Shown in pieces: positions 22,943 through 32,615 of a stretch of 64,000 bases of DNA. Each line of letters opens with the position of its first letter. Position 1 is the first letter of the stretch. Source of the DNA: Microthyrium microscopicum (Eukaryota); the NCBI GenBank assembly GCA_010405405.1, contig MU004231.1:918153-982152 (forward strand). Reading direction: 5' to 3'. Both the position numbers and the translations under genes were made by a program. The notes under the pieces were generated by a model. It was not told the DNA's origin and did not search any database. It saw nothing but the letters and a program-made list of their open reading frames with translations.

Positions 22943-23088
22943 CCGTTTTCTTCCGTCAAGTTCGAACGTGTTAGCGCGGTTTTTTAGGCGAGGTTTGTCC
23001 GTAAGCAATAGCGAGTCACTGCCTAACTTCAAAGCGCCACCAGCAAAAAAAGCGCGCTAACACGTTCGAACTTGATGGAAGAAAACGG
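22943..23088. mobile_element. MITE, Tc1/mariner-type (146 bp) with TA target duplication
   Basis: Inverted repeat 22941-22978 / 23053-23090 with 1 mismatch; TA|CCGT..ACGG|TA. Confidence 0.8.
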
Positions 23089-23403
23089 TACAGCTCTTCT
23101 AGATCTTCTTCCTCTCTCTCCCGTTCATAGATTCTAGAATACAATGTAATTATCTAATCGCTCGAGATCCGCAGCTCGTCACGAGGAGGACTAATGAGGA
23201 GGATTAACAAATAGCAAGCACGCCTAAATATTAGTCGCAATATTGATCAAAATAGATTTCATAATCTGGTGCAATTGCTCTATTCAGTTGCTCGTACAAA
23301 TTTGTGGACACAATACATGAAAACGGACACAAGAGGACTATGGTAGACGCTCTACATTATTGCCCATACAACTGGACAATAGCTTGTCAACTAGAATGGC
23401 AAC

Positions 23404-24433
23404 CTAGCATTCCCCTTCAGATGGATCCACGTCCATATCGTCAGCATCTTCAGTCTCATCGCCCTTCCCAGCCTCATCTTCATTCTCATTGAGAGAAAAC
23501 GTCAAACTCTGGGCTACGTCAACATTAGTACCATGGCCTCTTTGCTTTTGTTATAGCAGTACATAGGTTCACTTACCTTGCTGCGTGTCCTTATCAAAAA
23601 GTAGCTGACTCTCCTGGTTCTGTTCATCTGGCACTCGGCGCTGAGGTGCCTTCTTTCGCAACATGTCTCTCTGATTTGGCTTGATAGCTGGCTCTAGTGC
23701 AACTGTTAGGCATGATATAACCGTTCCAAGGACTCACTTTACAAACCATTGACATCACAACTAATGTTTCCAAGCCTATTAGCGATATCATCGGCATTAG
23801 TGGCCCTTGGCGCCTTGGATGATACAAGGGTGAGATCACTCATGCGAGCTCGTTTGGCCGCTGATTCTTCAGGAGATGCGCCCCAAGGAGTATTCCGTTT
23901 GGCCCTGTTCTGAGCTCCCGTCGCGTTGGTAGAGTTACCCACCAGACGATTCTTTGGAGGACCAAAGTCTCCAAACCGGGGTGGGTAGCGGGCGTCTCCT
24001 TTACTAGAGTCGTACCACTTTTTGAAGAGCTCCTCGAAGTGGTGTGGTTGCCAACCTTCGAAATCATGCAATGGTCCACCACCATACCAATCATTGTCCA
24101 TCAACTCCTTCCATGTTATGATTACGGGGGTGCGTTTGGCAACTCGACCGCAGTCAAATGATCTCGAAGCTGGTGGACGATTTGGATCCTTTTCGACCAA
24201 AGGCAAGATTTTGAGAGTGATCTTGGCGGTCAAGGTTTCGCCCGTGGCTATCACCATCATCAATGGTGCTTGAGGCCCGTTAGGCTGACTGTAAATTGCC
24301 TGGCCTTGTTGGCGAGCCATGCCAACGAGTAGAGAGAACGTCCGTGGAGTATCCTGGGTGATGTAGGACGTGATTGCTCGTAGCCGCTCAGCCTTGTAGC
24401 TACAGAGTTCAACATGATCACCAGGGGAGGGGA
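23404..24433 (-). pseudogene. 3' part of gene split by the Gypsy insertion
   Basis: In frame with 34205-34573 after removing the element and one TSD (..QIGVP|SPGDHVEL..); TAA at 23741-23739, then frame-keeping introns 23737-23694 and 23576-23514 to TAG 23406-23404. Confidence 0.75.
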
Positions 24434-24573
24434 TGAAAAGGCACAATATAAATCGTGTAGTAGTAGTAAGATGGTATTGTTAGAGTCCTCCCTCTAAGGG
24501 AGGATATACAAGCTAAGACTACCTGCCGAAGATACCCCGACGCCTTACCCTTTTGGGAAGGCATCCCGTATCA
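24434..24573 (-). repeat. 3' LTR
   Basis: Identical to 34065-34204. Confidence 0.97.
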
Positions 24574-24586
24574 TATGCCCCCGTTT
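24574..24586 (-). other. Polypurine tract
   Basis: Minus strand AAACGGGGGCATA directly before the 3' LTR. Confidence 0.6.
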
Positions 24587-24695
24587 AAAGAGACAACTCA
24601 TCGTCCTCGATGATATACAGATAGCCATAGTCTAACAGGATGCTGAGCAGAAGAGTTTGGGATCTCCGATCAATCAAAAACAAATGCATGATAAC

Positions 24696-27600
24696 TCAGT
24701 CCTCTTTATCCTCCTGTGTCAAGGCAATTCCACGCCTCTCCTTGAAGGCTCGGATCAGTTTCTTCTCGAGATTGCATGCGGGTTCCCAGGTTGCATCGCT
24801 CAATGGGTATCCTGTCCATTCGACGAGGTATTCCTCGTGCTGTTTGGCATTGCGTCCTCGGCCACGGACCCATCGGTGTTCGAGCAACTTCTCGATATCC
24901 CACCACTCCTCACCGTCATCCCCGGCGACTGGCAATGGTCGTGATGGAGGGGGGCGTTGGAAAGGATCCGTGGTGTAGTCAGGGGCTGGCTCGATGTGTT
25001 CGATAGAAATGATTGGGTGTATCTTTGAGGACTCGGGAAGATCCAGTTCCACAGCATTGCCAGATCCCAAGACTCTTTTGATAGTATACGGGCCGATTCT
25101 TTTCACACCGAACTTGCCTTGTTTACCTGGTGCTTTGTATCCTCTGTGTGGGCCTGGCTTGGCCAAGATGATGTAGGCTTTCTCTCCTTGTCTCAAATTG
25201 AGAGCCTTGAGTCGCTGGTCATTCGATGCCTTCATTCGAAGTCCTGCGAAGGCCAAAGCATCAGCAGCCTCTCTCTGCCACTCTTTTCTTTGTTGAAGAA
25301 CCTCTCCTCCGGAGAGATCATTAGAGTCCAAAGCCTCCGCGGTAAACTCCACTCCAGTGCCATGATTCTTTCCATACATCATTTCGTATGGCGAGTATCC
25401 CGTGGCTGATGCGAGTGAGGAGTTCATTTGTCTTGCCAAGGTTGGCAACCAATCTACCCAGCCTTCAATTCCGCTGGTAAGTCGGAAACGTATGGCGATC
25501 TCCACTGTTTGATTTGTTCGTTCGGATTGGCCATCGGTTTGTGGATGATACGCTGTTGACACCATATGTGCCACCTTTTGTGCAGCAAGTAATGCTTGCC
25601 AGAAACTTCCAAGAAACTTTGAATCCCTATCAGAAATCATGGCTTGAGGAAATGGCCAGTTTGTACACCTGGCGCAGTATGCATGAGCCCATTGCTCTGC
25701 GGTCCAGTCATCCCGACCAGGAACCAAGAGGATCGCCTTGGTGTATTTGTCGGTGACAGTAAGTAGCGCATTGAATCCATTATCCTCGGGAAGTCCCACG
25801 ATGAAATCGAAAGTCTGTGTATGGAATGCATATGGTGCGCTGTGTATAGGTTTGGTATTTCCATGAGGCCTGTGCCGTCGTGTCTGTACCTGATTGCAAT
25901 GAGAACAATATTTGATGTAGTTTCTGAGTAATCGAGGAAGTCCTTTGATATAGAAGTTTTGATTGATGCGATAGTAGCATCTATGGTAGCCCGCATGACT
26001 CTGTTCGTCATGTGTCAGGCGGAGCATCTCTGGTACCACTCCGCGTGGCAGCACGAGGCGACGCCGGTGATCGAAAGCATCAAGATTCCAGATGAGTCCG
26101 TCATCGTCCTTGAAGAAACGCGATTCGGGGGACTCTTCCGTGGGTAACATATCAATCAATGATTTCCAGTGCGTGTCATTCTTGTAGCCTTCAGTGATAG
26201 TCATTTTCCAGGCTTCTTTCATGTGTACGAGGGTGACATTGTAAACGTAGGCGTCACTCAGTCTCTCCAAGTCCAGCTCTGAATCTGGATCTGGTCCCAC
26301 AATTGGCAATCTTGAGAGTGCATCGGGAATAGTATTTTGTTTGCCCGGTTTGTACCGAACGTCGACTCCGAACTGCTGCATGAATATGCTTGCCTTCACC
26401 AAGTTCAAATTGTTTCTTTCTGGTGATGTTGATTTGAGTGAAGTTTGTCTTGAGATCCAAGTCGCGGCAGCATGGTCTGTGAAAACTATGGTCTGAAGAT
26501 CGGAGGCTTGAATCCAAGCCTTGACCTTGCTGACTGACCAAACCAGACCTGATACCTCAAGCTGGGTTGGGTAGTATCGTGATTCGGCTGAAGTAAGCGT
26601 GCGTGAGAGAAAAGCTAGCGGTAAGATCTTTGACCGCTTGATCTCTTCACTGTCTGTCGGATCTCCTTCGACATGGTACCAGACGCTGCCATGGCCTTTC
26701 TCGCTTGAATCGACGTCTCCATAAAGGCGCCTATTGGCGTCAAAATGATATAGGATATTTGAAGCCTCGCTTCTCAGGCGAGTTTGTAAGGTATCAAATG
26801 CGAGCCTTAGCTCTGGTGTCTCCTCGATATGAATGCGGTGTGTAAATGCCATGCGTCCCGACTTGCTCTTGGGTGCGTCTTTGAGAAGCTCGGTCTCCTT
26901 GAGCTTAAGGGGCGCGGCTATCTGCGCGTAGTGGCGAATTGCGGTTCTCAGCCATCCTGTCGCGCCATTGAAGTATTCCAGCTGTGCCAGAGTCTTTGGA
27001 AAGGCGAGAGTGGTTAGAGCGGAGATTCGCTCCTCTGTGTGGCCTGTGCCAGTTCCTGTAACTCGCTTTCCCAGAATTGTCACTGCAGGGAATCCGATCA
27101 TTGCTTTTTCTGCTGCCAGCGTAATATTGTTCTTGTCGCACTCGTCAAGAAAAGTTTTGATGTGCAGACAATGCTCCTCGAATGAAATGCTCCCGATGAC
27201 GTAGTCGTCAATATAAGCTCTCAGCCAGGCTCGGTAGAGGCGGAAGAGTTGGTCGTTGTAACGTTGTACATGAGGTGGAGAGTTACAGTAGCCCATTGGT
27301 GCCACATTCATACACTCTGTACCGCGGTGTGTGATCACCGTAAGAAGGTGACGATGATCTCTATCGACTGCAAACTGGTTGAAAAAACTTTTCCCGTCGA
27401 AACACGCAATGTGGGTTTTTCCTTTCAACATTTCGCGAACGTCTGACATGTCTGGGATTGGGTAGTTGTCACGGACTGTAAGTCTGTTCAATCCTCTCAT
27501 GTCTCGAACTAGTCTGCCTTTGCGGGCGATAGTTCCATTGGCCTGGCGGAAATTCTTCCAGACGATGAACATTGGCCAGGCAAACGGTGTAGGGTCCTTC

Positions 27601-28439
27601 TGCCAGTCCATTTTTCCGTCCTTGTGAGCTTGGTCGTGGGTTTCATCAATCAAGGCCTCTCCCGCAAGTCCCACTGGGTATGGTTTGTTTCCCAGCTTTT
27701 GACCCGCGGCTGCACGCCAGTCAATGATCAAAGGAATTTTCAACCAGTCTTTTTCTTCCTGCTTAACCAGCCCGACATTCTCCGAAAACACCTTCGGATA
27801 TCGTTGCAGAATTTTGTCGTAAGCTTCGCATTGTGCATCGCTCCCGAAAGCCGTCACACCAAATGACAGTTTTCTGGTGTTTTCCGGATCCACATCAAAA
27901 TGTAGTCCCGCTTTCTCCGCTGGAGTTTGCAAACTGGCCAAGTACTGAGAATCAATTTGCCCCGCGTTGTTTTCTTCAGCTTTTTCCGGCGTGGTTTGGT
28001 TTGGATCTTTCTGCCCAAATTTTGGCTGCTTCTCTCCCAGCAATGCGACGTGCTCACCGTGAACTTCCGACCGTAGCAATATATCCTGCGTGGTGTCCAA
28101 TGTATCCCGTTTATCTGCACTCTCAAGTTGTAATCTCTCGTGAATGAAAACTGGTGGTGGGATTTTTTGGTTGCCCAAAGTTTTTGGTGGCGCTGGCAAC
28201 TTTTCCAAAATAGCCGCGCAGTCTGCTGGAGCCAAACTTTTTGGTGGGGTTTTGGAAGCTCTGGAAATTTCTTGGCGCGCGGGGGTAGCTTGGGCGGAGA
28301 TTGCAGGGGCCCACCGCAAAGCCACAGGAGCTAAGCTCGTTTGAGAAATATCTTTGTTGCTTGTTTCAGATCCACGAATTTTTTGCTGGGGTGCAGGGAT
28401 TAGCTTGGGTGAAGCTAGGATTAGCCGCCGCTGCCCCAC
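24696..28439 (-). CDS. pol: Pol: reverse transcriptase, RNase H, integrase, chromodomain
   Basis: YIDD; RNase H (DVDSS..ELEV-like YYPTQLEV..TDH); HHCC and DDE integrase (FDFIVGLP, SDRD, GQSERTNQ); chromodomain WDIEKLLEHR..YLVEWTGY. No ATG at ORF start. Confidence 0.95.
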   Translation of the reverse strand: MGQRRLILASPKLIPAPQQKIRGSETSNKDISQTSLAPVALRWAPAISAQATPARQEISRASKTPPKSLAPADCAAILEKLPAPPKTLGNQKIPPPVFIHERLQLESADKRDTLDTTQDILLRSEVHGEHVALLGEKQPKFGQKDPNQTTPEKAEENNAGQIDSQYLASLQTPAEKAGLHFDVDPENTRKLSFGVTAFGSDAQCEAYDKILQRYPKVFSENVGLVKQEEKDWLKIPLIIDWRAAAGQKLGNKPYPVGLAGEALIDETHDQAHKDGKMDWQKDPTPFAWPMFIVWKNFRQANGTIARKGRLVRDMRGLNRLTVRDNYPIPDMSDVREMLKGKTHIACFDGKSFFNQFAVDRDHRHLLTVITHRGTECMNVAPMGYCNSPPHVQRYNDQLFRLYRAWLRAYIDDYVIGSISFEEHCLHIKTFLDECDKNNITLAAEKAMIGFPAVTILGKRVTGTGTGHTEERISALTTLAFPKTLAQLEYFNGATGWLRTAIRHYAQIAAPLKLKETELLKDAPKSKSGRMAFTHRIHIEETPELRLAFDTLQTRLRSEASNILYHFDANRRLYGDVDSSEKGHGSVWYHVEGDPTDSEEIKRSKILPLAFLSRTLTSAESRYYPTQLEVSGLVWSVSKVKAWIQASDLQTIVFTDHAAATWISRQTSLKSTSPERNNLNLVKASIFMQQFGVDVRYKPGKQNTIPDALSRLPIVGPDPDSELDLERLSDAYVYNVTLVHMKEAWKMTITEGYKNDTHWKSLIDMLPTEESPESRFFKDDDGLIWNLDAFDHRRRLVLPRGVVPEMLRLTHDEQSHAGYHRCYYRINQNFYIKGLPRLLRNYIKYCSHCNQVQTRRHRPHGNTKPIHSAPYAFHTQTFDFIVGLPEDNGFNALLTVTDKYTKAILLVPGRDDWTAEQWAHAYCARCTNWPFPQAMISDRDSKFLGSFWQALLAAQKVAHMVSTAYHPQTDGQSERTNQTVEIAIRFRLTSGIEGWVDWLPTLARQMNSSLASATGYSPYEMMYGKNHGTGVEFTAEALDSNDLSGGEVLQQRKEWQREAADALAFAGLRMKASNDQRLKALNLRQGEKAYIILAKPGPHRGYKAPGKQGKFGVKRIGPYTIKRVLGSGNAVELDLPESSKIHPIISIEHIEPAPDYTTDPFQRPPPSRPLPVAGDDGEEWWDIEKLLEHRWVRGRGRNAKQHEEYLVEWTGYPLSDATWEPACNLEKKLIRAFKERRGIALTQEDKED

Positions 28440-28499
28440 CAGAGCTAAGCTCGAAGAAGAATTTAATTGCGGCTTGATTGGAGCTTGCTGAAATTTCCG

Positions 28500-31400
28500 C
28501 TATGAAGTAGGGTAGCTTTTGGGCGGAGGTGGGGCAAACTCCCTAGCTGCGACTGGAACTAAGCTTGAAGAAGAATTTGATTGCGGCTTGATTGGAGCTT
28601 GCTGAAAATTCCGCTGCGAAGTGGGGTAGCTTTTGGGCGGAGGTGGGGCAAGCTCCCTAGCCGCGACTGGAACTAAGCTTGAAGAAGAATTTGATTGTGG
28701 CTGCGGCGCGTAGCTTGAGCCTGAGGCTCTCGACGTGGGGGCGGCCCGAAAGTCCTTCAAATTTCCGCGCGATTTTTGTGTGGCAGGATCGCGTGCGGTG
28801 GGCGCGCGTGTTTCAGATTGAGCTTGGGCCATACTGGCGGAAATCTTTGCTGTGTTTGAAGTGGGTTGCAAAATTGATGATGAAATGGGCGGCTTGAAAA
28901 GAACCAGTTGATTTGACATGTCTGCCGTGATGTTTGACACTTGTTGAGTTGTGCCTATCAAAGGCGCAATCTTGTGAGCGGCAACGTGTCCATTTTGAGG
29001 TGCGCGAGAATGATTCTTTGCAGTAGAAACTTTTGCTGTGGCATTTGTGCTTGCGGCTAAGTTTCTTTTGGCGTCAAGTTCCACGGAGCTTCCAATAGCC
29101 GCGGAGCTTGCTGCCGCGAGTGCGGGGTCATCTGTGTGCGGCTTCTTGGGACCTCGAACTGGTACGTCGAGTCTCCAGACGTTGGGATCGTCGTTTGGTC
29201 CTTGATAGAAATAGGCGCCCTCTGGTGTAGCGAGAGCTGTGAGGAAATGAACAGCAGGTAGTTCGTAAGCTCCGTGATCTATGAAGTTCTGAATAAACCC
29301 GAGCCTAGAGTTTCGAAAGATAGTTATAGGTTGCTGCGTAGTATTGTGAATCTCCAAGAAGTGAGTGTCTGAGTTGATGATACTCGGTGCTATGCCTCCT
29401 TGCCTACCAAGGGAAGGAAACCGGTAAGGAATAAACGAGAAGGATTCATCAGGGAGTAAATATTTTCTAGCCATAGTAATTTCGATCATAACTGCCATAC
29501 GAGGAGGGATCACAGTATTGGTTGCAGCTTTCACAAGTCGTTTGACTTCTGCCTGTCCCGTAGCAAATACAGTAAGAGGGGTCCAGAAGAATTCCAAGTC
29601 CTTTGATCCTCCAGATAGATCCAGTCTCTCCTTGGGCTCTCCAGTTGAGCACAGCAATCTCTTCGTCTCGAAATCCAACAAAGCTCCAATCGGTTCCAGC
29701 ATGTCCATCGCAATCAAAGGCGGTCCATCCGAATTCTCTACGACCTGGAACTCCGCTTCGAAGTGAAGCAGCGCCTTGTCTCCTTGATGATCGTATCCGT
29801 GAATATAGATTGGCAGTTTGACATATGACTTCACCTGTATCGGCTTGTCGTACGCACGGAAGGTTAATGGAGAACCTCGTGTCATGACAGCAGCCTCTGG
29901 CGCCATCCGCTTCAGAGCAATTGCTCCAATGCAGCTAGGCGCGGCACCGCTGTCTGCTGTAAGCTCGCGGGGGGCGGCGTCATGTTTGAAAGAGACCAGC
30001 ATGGTAGCGTGATGATAGCGCTTGAAGTTTTCGCCTTTCATCAATGCTGGTTTCCGAGTCGGCTCAATGATTTTGACTCCAGCGTCGGCTGCTACATGGT
30101 TGACTTTCATCGTTGTCTGCTGCGTATCCGCTGTAGCAAACTTTGCTGCTCCGAGCTTGCTTTCTTTGCACTGGTATGATTTGCCCAGGTGACGGAACAA
30201 AGCATTGCGTGAGTCGAAAGTTGTACGGCAGCTTCGGCATTCGTGAACTCGCGGAGCATCTGTATTTGCCATCCGAGATACCAAGTTTACATAGTAGCCT
30301 TCTCCTTCAGATTCGTAGACGTCCTCTGAGTCTGAGGCCTCATTGTTGTTTTCGTAGTCTGAGTGCTGATCTTGATCTTGGCTGTGTTGCTCCTGATCCA
30401 CAAAGTTTTGCTCCCCAGATTGGTTTCCATCTGCTCCCGCATAGCCTTGGCTCCCGTTCTGTGCTCCCGGCTCCTGGGTATTGCTCACGTGGGAGACCTG
30501 TGGATATTTGTTGAACGGCTTGCTGTTGGGAGCAGTGCGTTTTTGGGAGTTCCCAGCGGACTCTCTTGGTGGGTTTGTGCTGCTGAGATATTTCTGCGGT
30601 TGCTGATTTGAGTTCTCCCGATTGTTCGTCGTATTTCCGCTTTTTTGATGCGGTGTTTGTGCTTGCTGGCGGTCTTGGTTAGAGTTTCGATCTGCCTTAT
30701 CGTAACGACGCGCATATCGACTATTGCCTGACCGATTATTCTGGTCACGGCGCGAGGAAGAATTTGCGCCTCCAGAATTCGAACGATCAGAACTCGCATG
30801 GGGTTTCGCAGATGACTCACGGTGTGGTGTAGAGTTTGAAGATCTGTACTTCGACTCTCCGAGGTAGCGTATGGCTAACTCCTGCCATGTATCTTTTCTA
30901 CCCATCAGGATCTGTGTCCAATCGCTGACATCGGTACTGTGAACCGGCTCTGGCATTTCACGTCGCAATTCGATGTCAAGTTTGTTCCAAGCCCAGCGTA
31001 ACTGATCATGATCTTTGAAACCAGCATTGCTCGCTTTTCGACAGACCTGTCCGAACCATCCAATGAGTCCTCGTCCCTCTGCTGCGTCCCGCAAAGAGTA
31101 AATCAAGGCTGTGTCTGAGGCGAGTTCTTTCATGGCCTGATTTTGGTTGGGTGCAAAGTTTCGTGACAACCAGTCCTCCCAGTTATCAATCGCCAGGCCT
31201 TCTCGAAGTTTCAATTGTTGTGTTGAACTCAATGACATATAAAGTTCAAGTGCGGCGCCACGCAAGCACTCAAAAATTCTTGCGCGTATAATGCGGGAAG
31301 GACTTCGCGAGGCGGCATCCCGAAGTCGATCCACAAACATGTGAACATCTCGAAACACGACTTCACCCTTGATTGTGAGGAGGTCTGAATCGCCGAAGCT

Positions 31401-32615
31401 CTGAGGACAGTCGGGCCAAAAGCTTCCGACCTGTCTAGCCTTGAACTTCTCATGATAGCCTCTCTCCTCGTCGTCTTCAGGATTGCCTCGAGATTGCGTG
31501 TTTTGATTGCGGTTCCCGGTTTCAAGCCTGTCTGACAGAACTTCAATTAAGCGTAGAATCGCTGGAGGGAAATTGAGGTTGTCATTTGCTGGCTGTGGAG
31601 GCGTATTGCCACCATGTCCCGGAAATGTGCTTCTTGGTATACTTTCCGTATAGGCTGTCTCTGCCTGCGTCCCTGCGTGAGGAACTTGTGCTCCTTCAGC
31701 CTGTGGTACGGAGGTTGGCTGAGGAGGAAATTGCCCAGTAACTCTCGGCTGAGACTGTGATTGATTTGTTCCAGAGGCTTGACCTCCGAAAGGATGAGAG
31801 GGAGTACCTGTACGGGACGGAGTTGGCGAGCCTGCAACTCTCTCCGCAAGTTCTGCTTCCAACCTTGCATTCTTTTGCTCCAACGCTTCCATGCGTTGCT
31901 GCATTTGCTCAATCAAGGTTCGCAGCTCCTCTCTATTGTCGGTATTAGAGGATGACATTGCGTTTGATGTAAGCTGGGGAAAACTCCGCCTATCCTCAGG
32001 CTCAGTTCCCAACTGTGCTAGTCGGCTTGGAGAAAACTCTGGCGTTGGGGTGCGTCCAGTGTATAATGAATCTGGAGGCAGTCTGCCCACTGATGCCGGA
32101 GACGAGACGGTCTCCGACTCTGTAGTGGTCGACGCAAGATCCGTCAGATCAATCTGCTGACGTGGAGCAAAAGCTGCAGACGCCAATTGCTCCGTTGTGT
32201 GTTGTGGTATCGTGTTTCTGATGATAGACCGAGGCGTCGGGACTTGATCCTCCGCCTGGTCCTCCACGTTCGCTGATGAGATCAAGGAATCGGCTCGTGT
32301 CACCGATCTGGCTCTTGTTTCCCTTGGATTGGGAATTGGTCTTCGAAGCGAATAGACCGGAGCCCGCACAAGCGGTGGCAATTGAACTTGTGGTCCCAGA
32401 AGATGCTGGACCTCTTTTGCCCAATTGTCAATCTCTTTTCTCCCTGCCTCAAAGTTCCACTCTGGAACTGTAAAGCCGGCAGCGTTTGTATCGACGGGCC
32501 AAAGATTGTTGAAATTCTCAAGTAGCTTTTTGTATTTCCTGCAGCTGTTGACCGAAGCCCAACTGTAGATCTGGTGTCCTCGTGCTTTTTGTTCCTCGCT
32601 CAGCAGCGGAAGCAT
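28500..32615 (-). CDS. gag: Gag - C2H2-like finger - aspartic protease - dUTPase-like segment
   Basis: Gag-like core (FVDRLRD..CLRGAALELY); CRSCRTTFDSRNALFRHL; protease ADSGA; ends at a TAG in frame with pol. Confidence 0.85.
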   Translation of the reverse strand: MLPLLSEEQKARGHQIYSWASVNSCRKYKKLLENFNNLWPVDTNAAGFTVPEWNFEAGRKEIDNWAKEVQHLLGPQVQLPPLVRAPVYSLRRPIPNPRETRARSVTRADSLISSANVEDQAEDQVPTPRSIIRNTIPQHTTEQLASAAFAPRQQIDLTDLASTTTESETVSSPASVGRLPPDSLYTGRTPTPEFSPSRLAQLGTEPEDRRSFPQLTSNAMSSSNTDNREELRTLIEQMQQRMEALEQKNARLEAELAERVAGSPTPSRTGTPSHPFGGQASGTNQSQSQPRVTGQFPPQPTSVPQAEGAQVPHAGTQAETAYTESIPRSTFPGHGGNTPPQPANDNLNFPPAILRLIEVLSDRLETGNRNQNTQSRGNPEDDEERGYHEKFKARQVGSFWPDCPQSFGDSDLLTIKGEVVFRDVHMFVDRLRDAASRSPSRIIRARIFECLRGAALELYMSLSSTQQLKLREGLAIDNWEDWLSRNFAPNQNQAMKELASDTALIYSLRDAAEGRGLIGWFGQVCRKASNAGFKDHDQLRWAWNKLDIELRREMPEPVHSTDVSDWTQILMGRKDTWQELAIRYLGESKYRSSNSTPHRESSAKPHASSDRSNSGGANSSSRRDQNNRSGNSRYARRYDKADRNSNQDRQQAQTPHQKSGNTTNNRENSNQQPQKYLSSTNPPRESAGNSQKRTAPNSKPFNKYPQVSHVSNTQEPGAQNGSQGYAGADGNQSGEQNFVDQEQHSQDQDQHSDYENNNEASDSEDVYESEGEGYYVNLVSRMANTDAPRVHECRSCRTTFDSRNALFRHLGKSYQCKESKLGAAKFATADTQQTTMKVNHVAADAGVKIIEPTRKPALMKGENFKRYHHATMLVSFKHDAAPRELTADSGAAPSCIGAIALKRMAPEAAVMTRGSPLTFRAYDKPIQVKSYVKLPIYIHGYDHQGDKALLHFEAEFQVVENSDGPPLIAMDMLEPIGALLDFETKRLLCSTGEPKERLDLSGGSKDLEFFWTPLTVFATGQAEVKRLVKAATNTVIPPRMAVMIEITMARKYLLPDESFSFIPYRFPSLGRQGGIAPSIINSDTHFLEIHNTTQQPITIFRNSRLGFIQNFIDHGAYELPAVHFLTALATPEGAYFYQGPNDDPNVWRLDVPVRGPKKPHTDDPALAAASSAAIGSSVELDAKRNLAASTNATAKVSTAKNHSRAPQNGHVAAHKIAPLIGTTQQVSNITADMSNQLVLFKPPISSSILQPTSNTAKISASMAQAQSETRAPTARDPATQKSRGNLKDFRAAPTSRASGSSYAPQPQSNSSSSLVPVAARELAPPPPKSYPTSQRNFQQAPIKPQSNSSSSLVPVAAREFAPPPPKSYPTS

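Noticed and set aside
22528..22959. 144-aa N-terminal extension of the JmjC ORF
   Set aside because: TTG start lies inside the MITE and the frame runs through the minisatellite; probably a chance open frame
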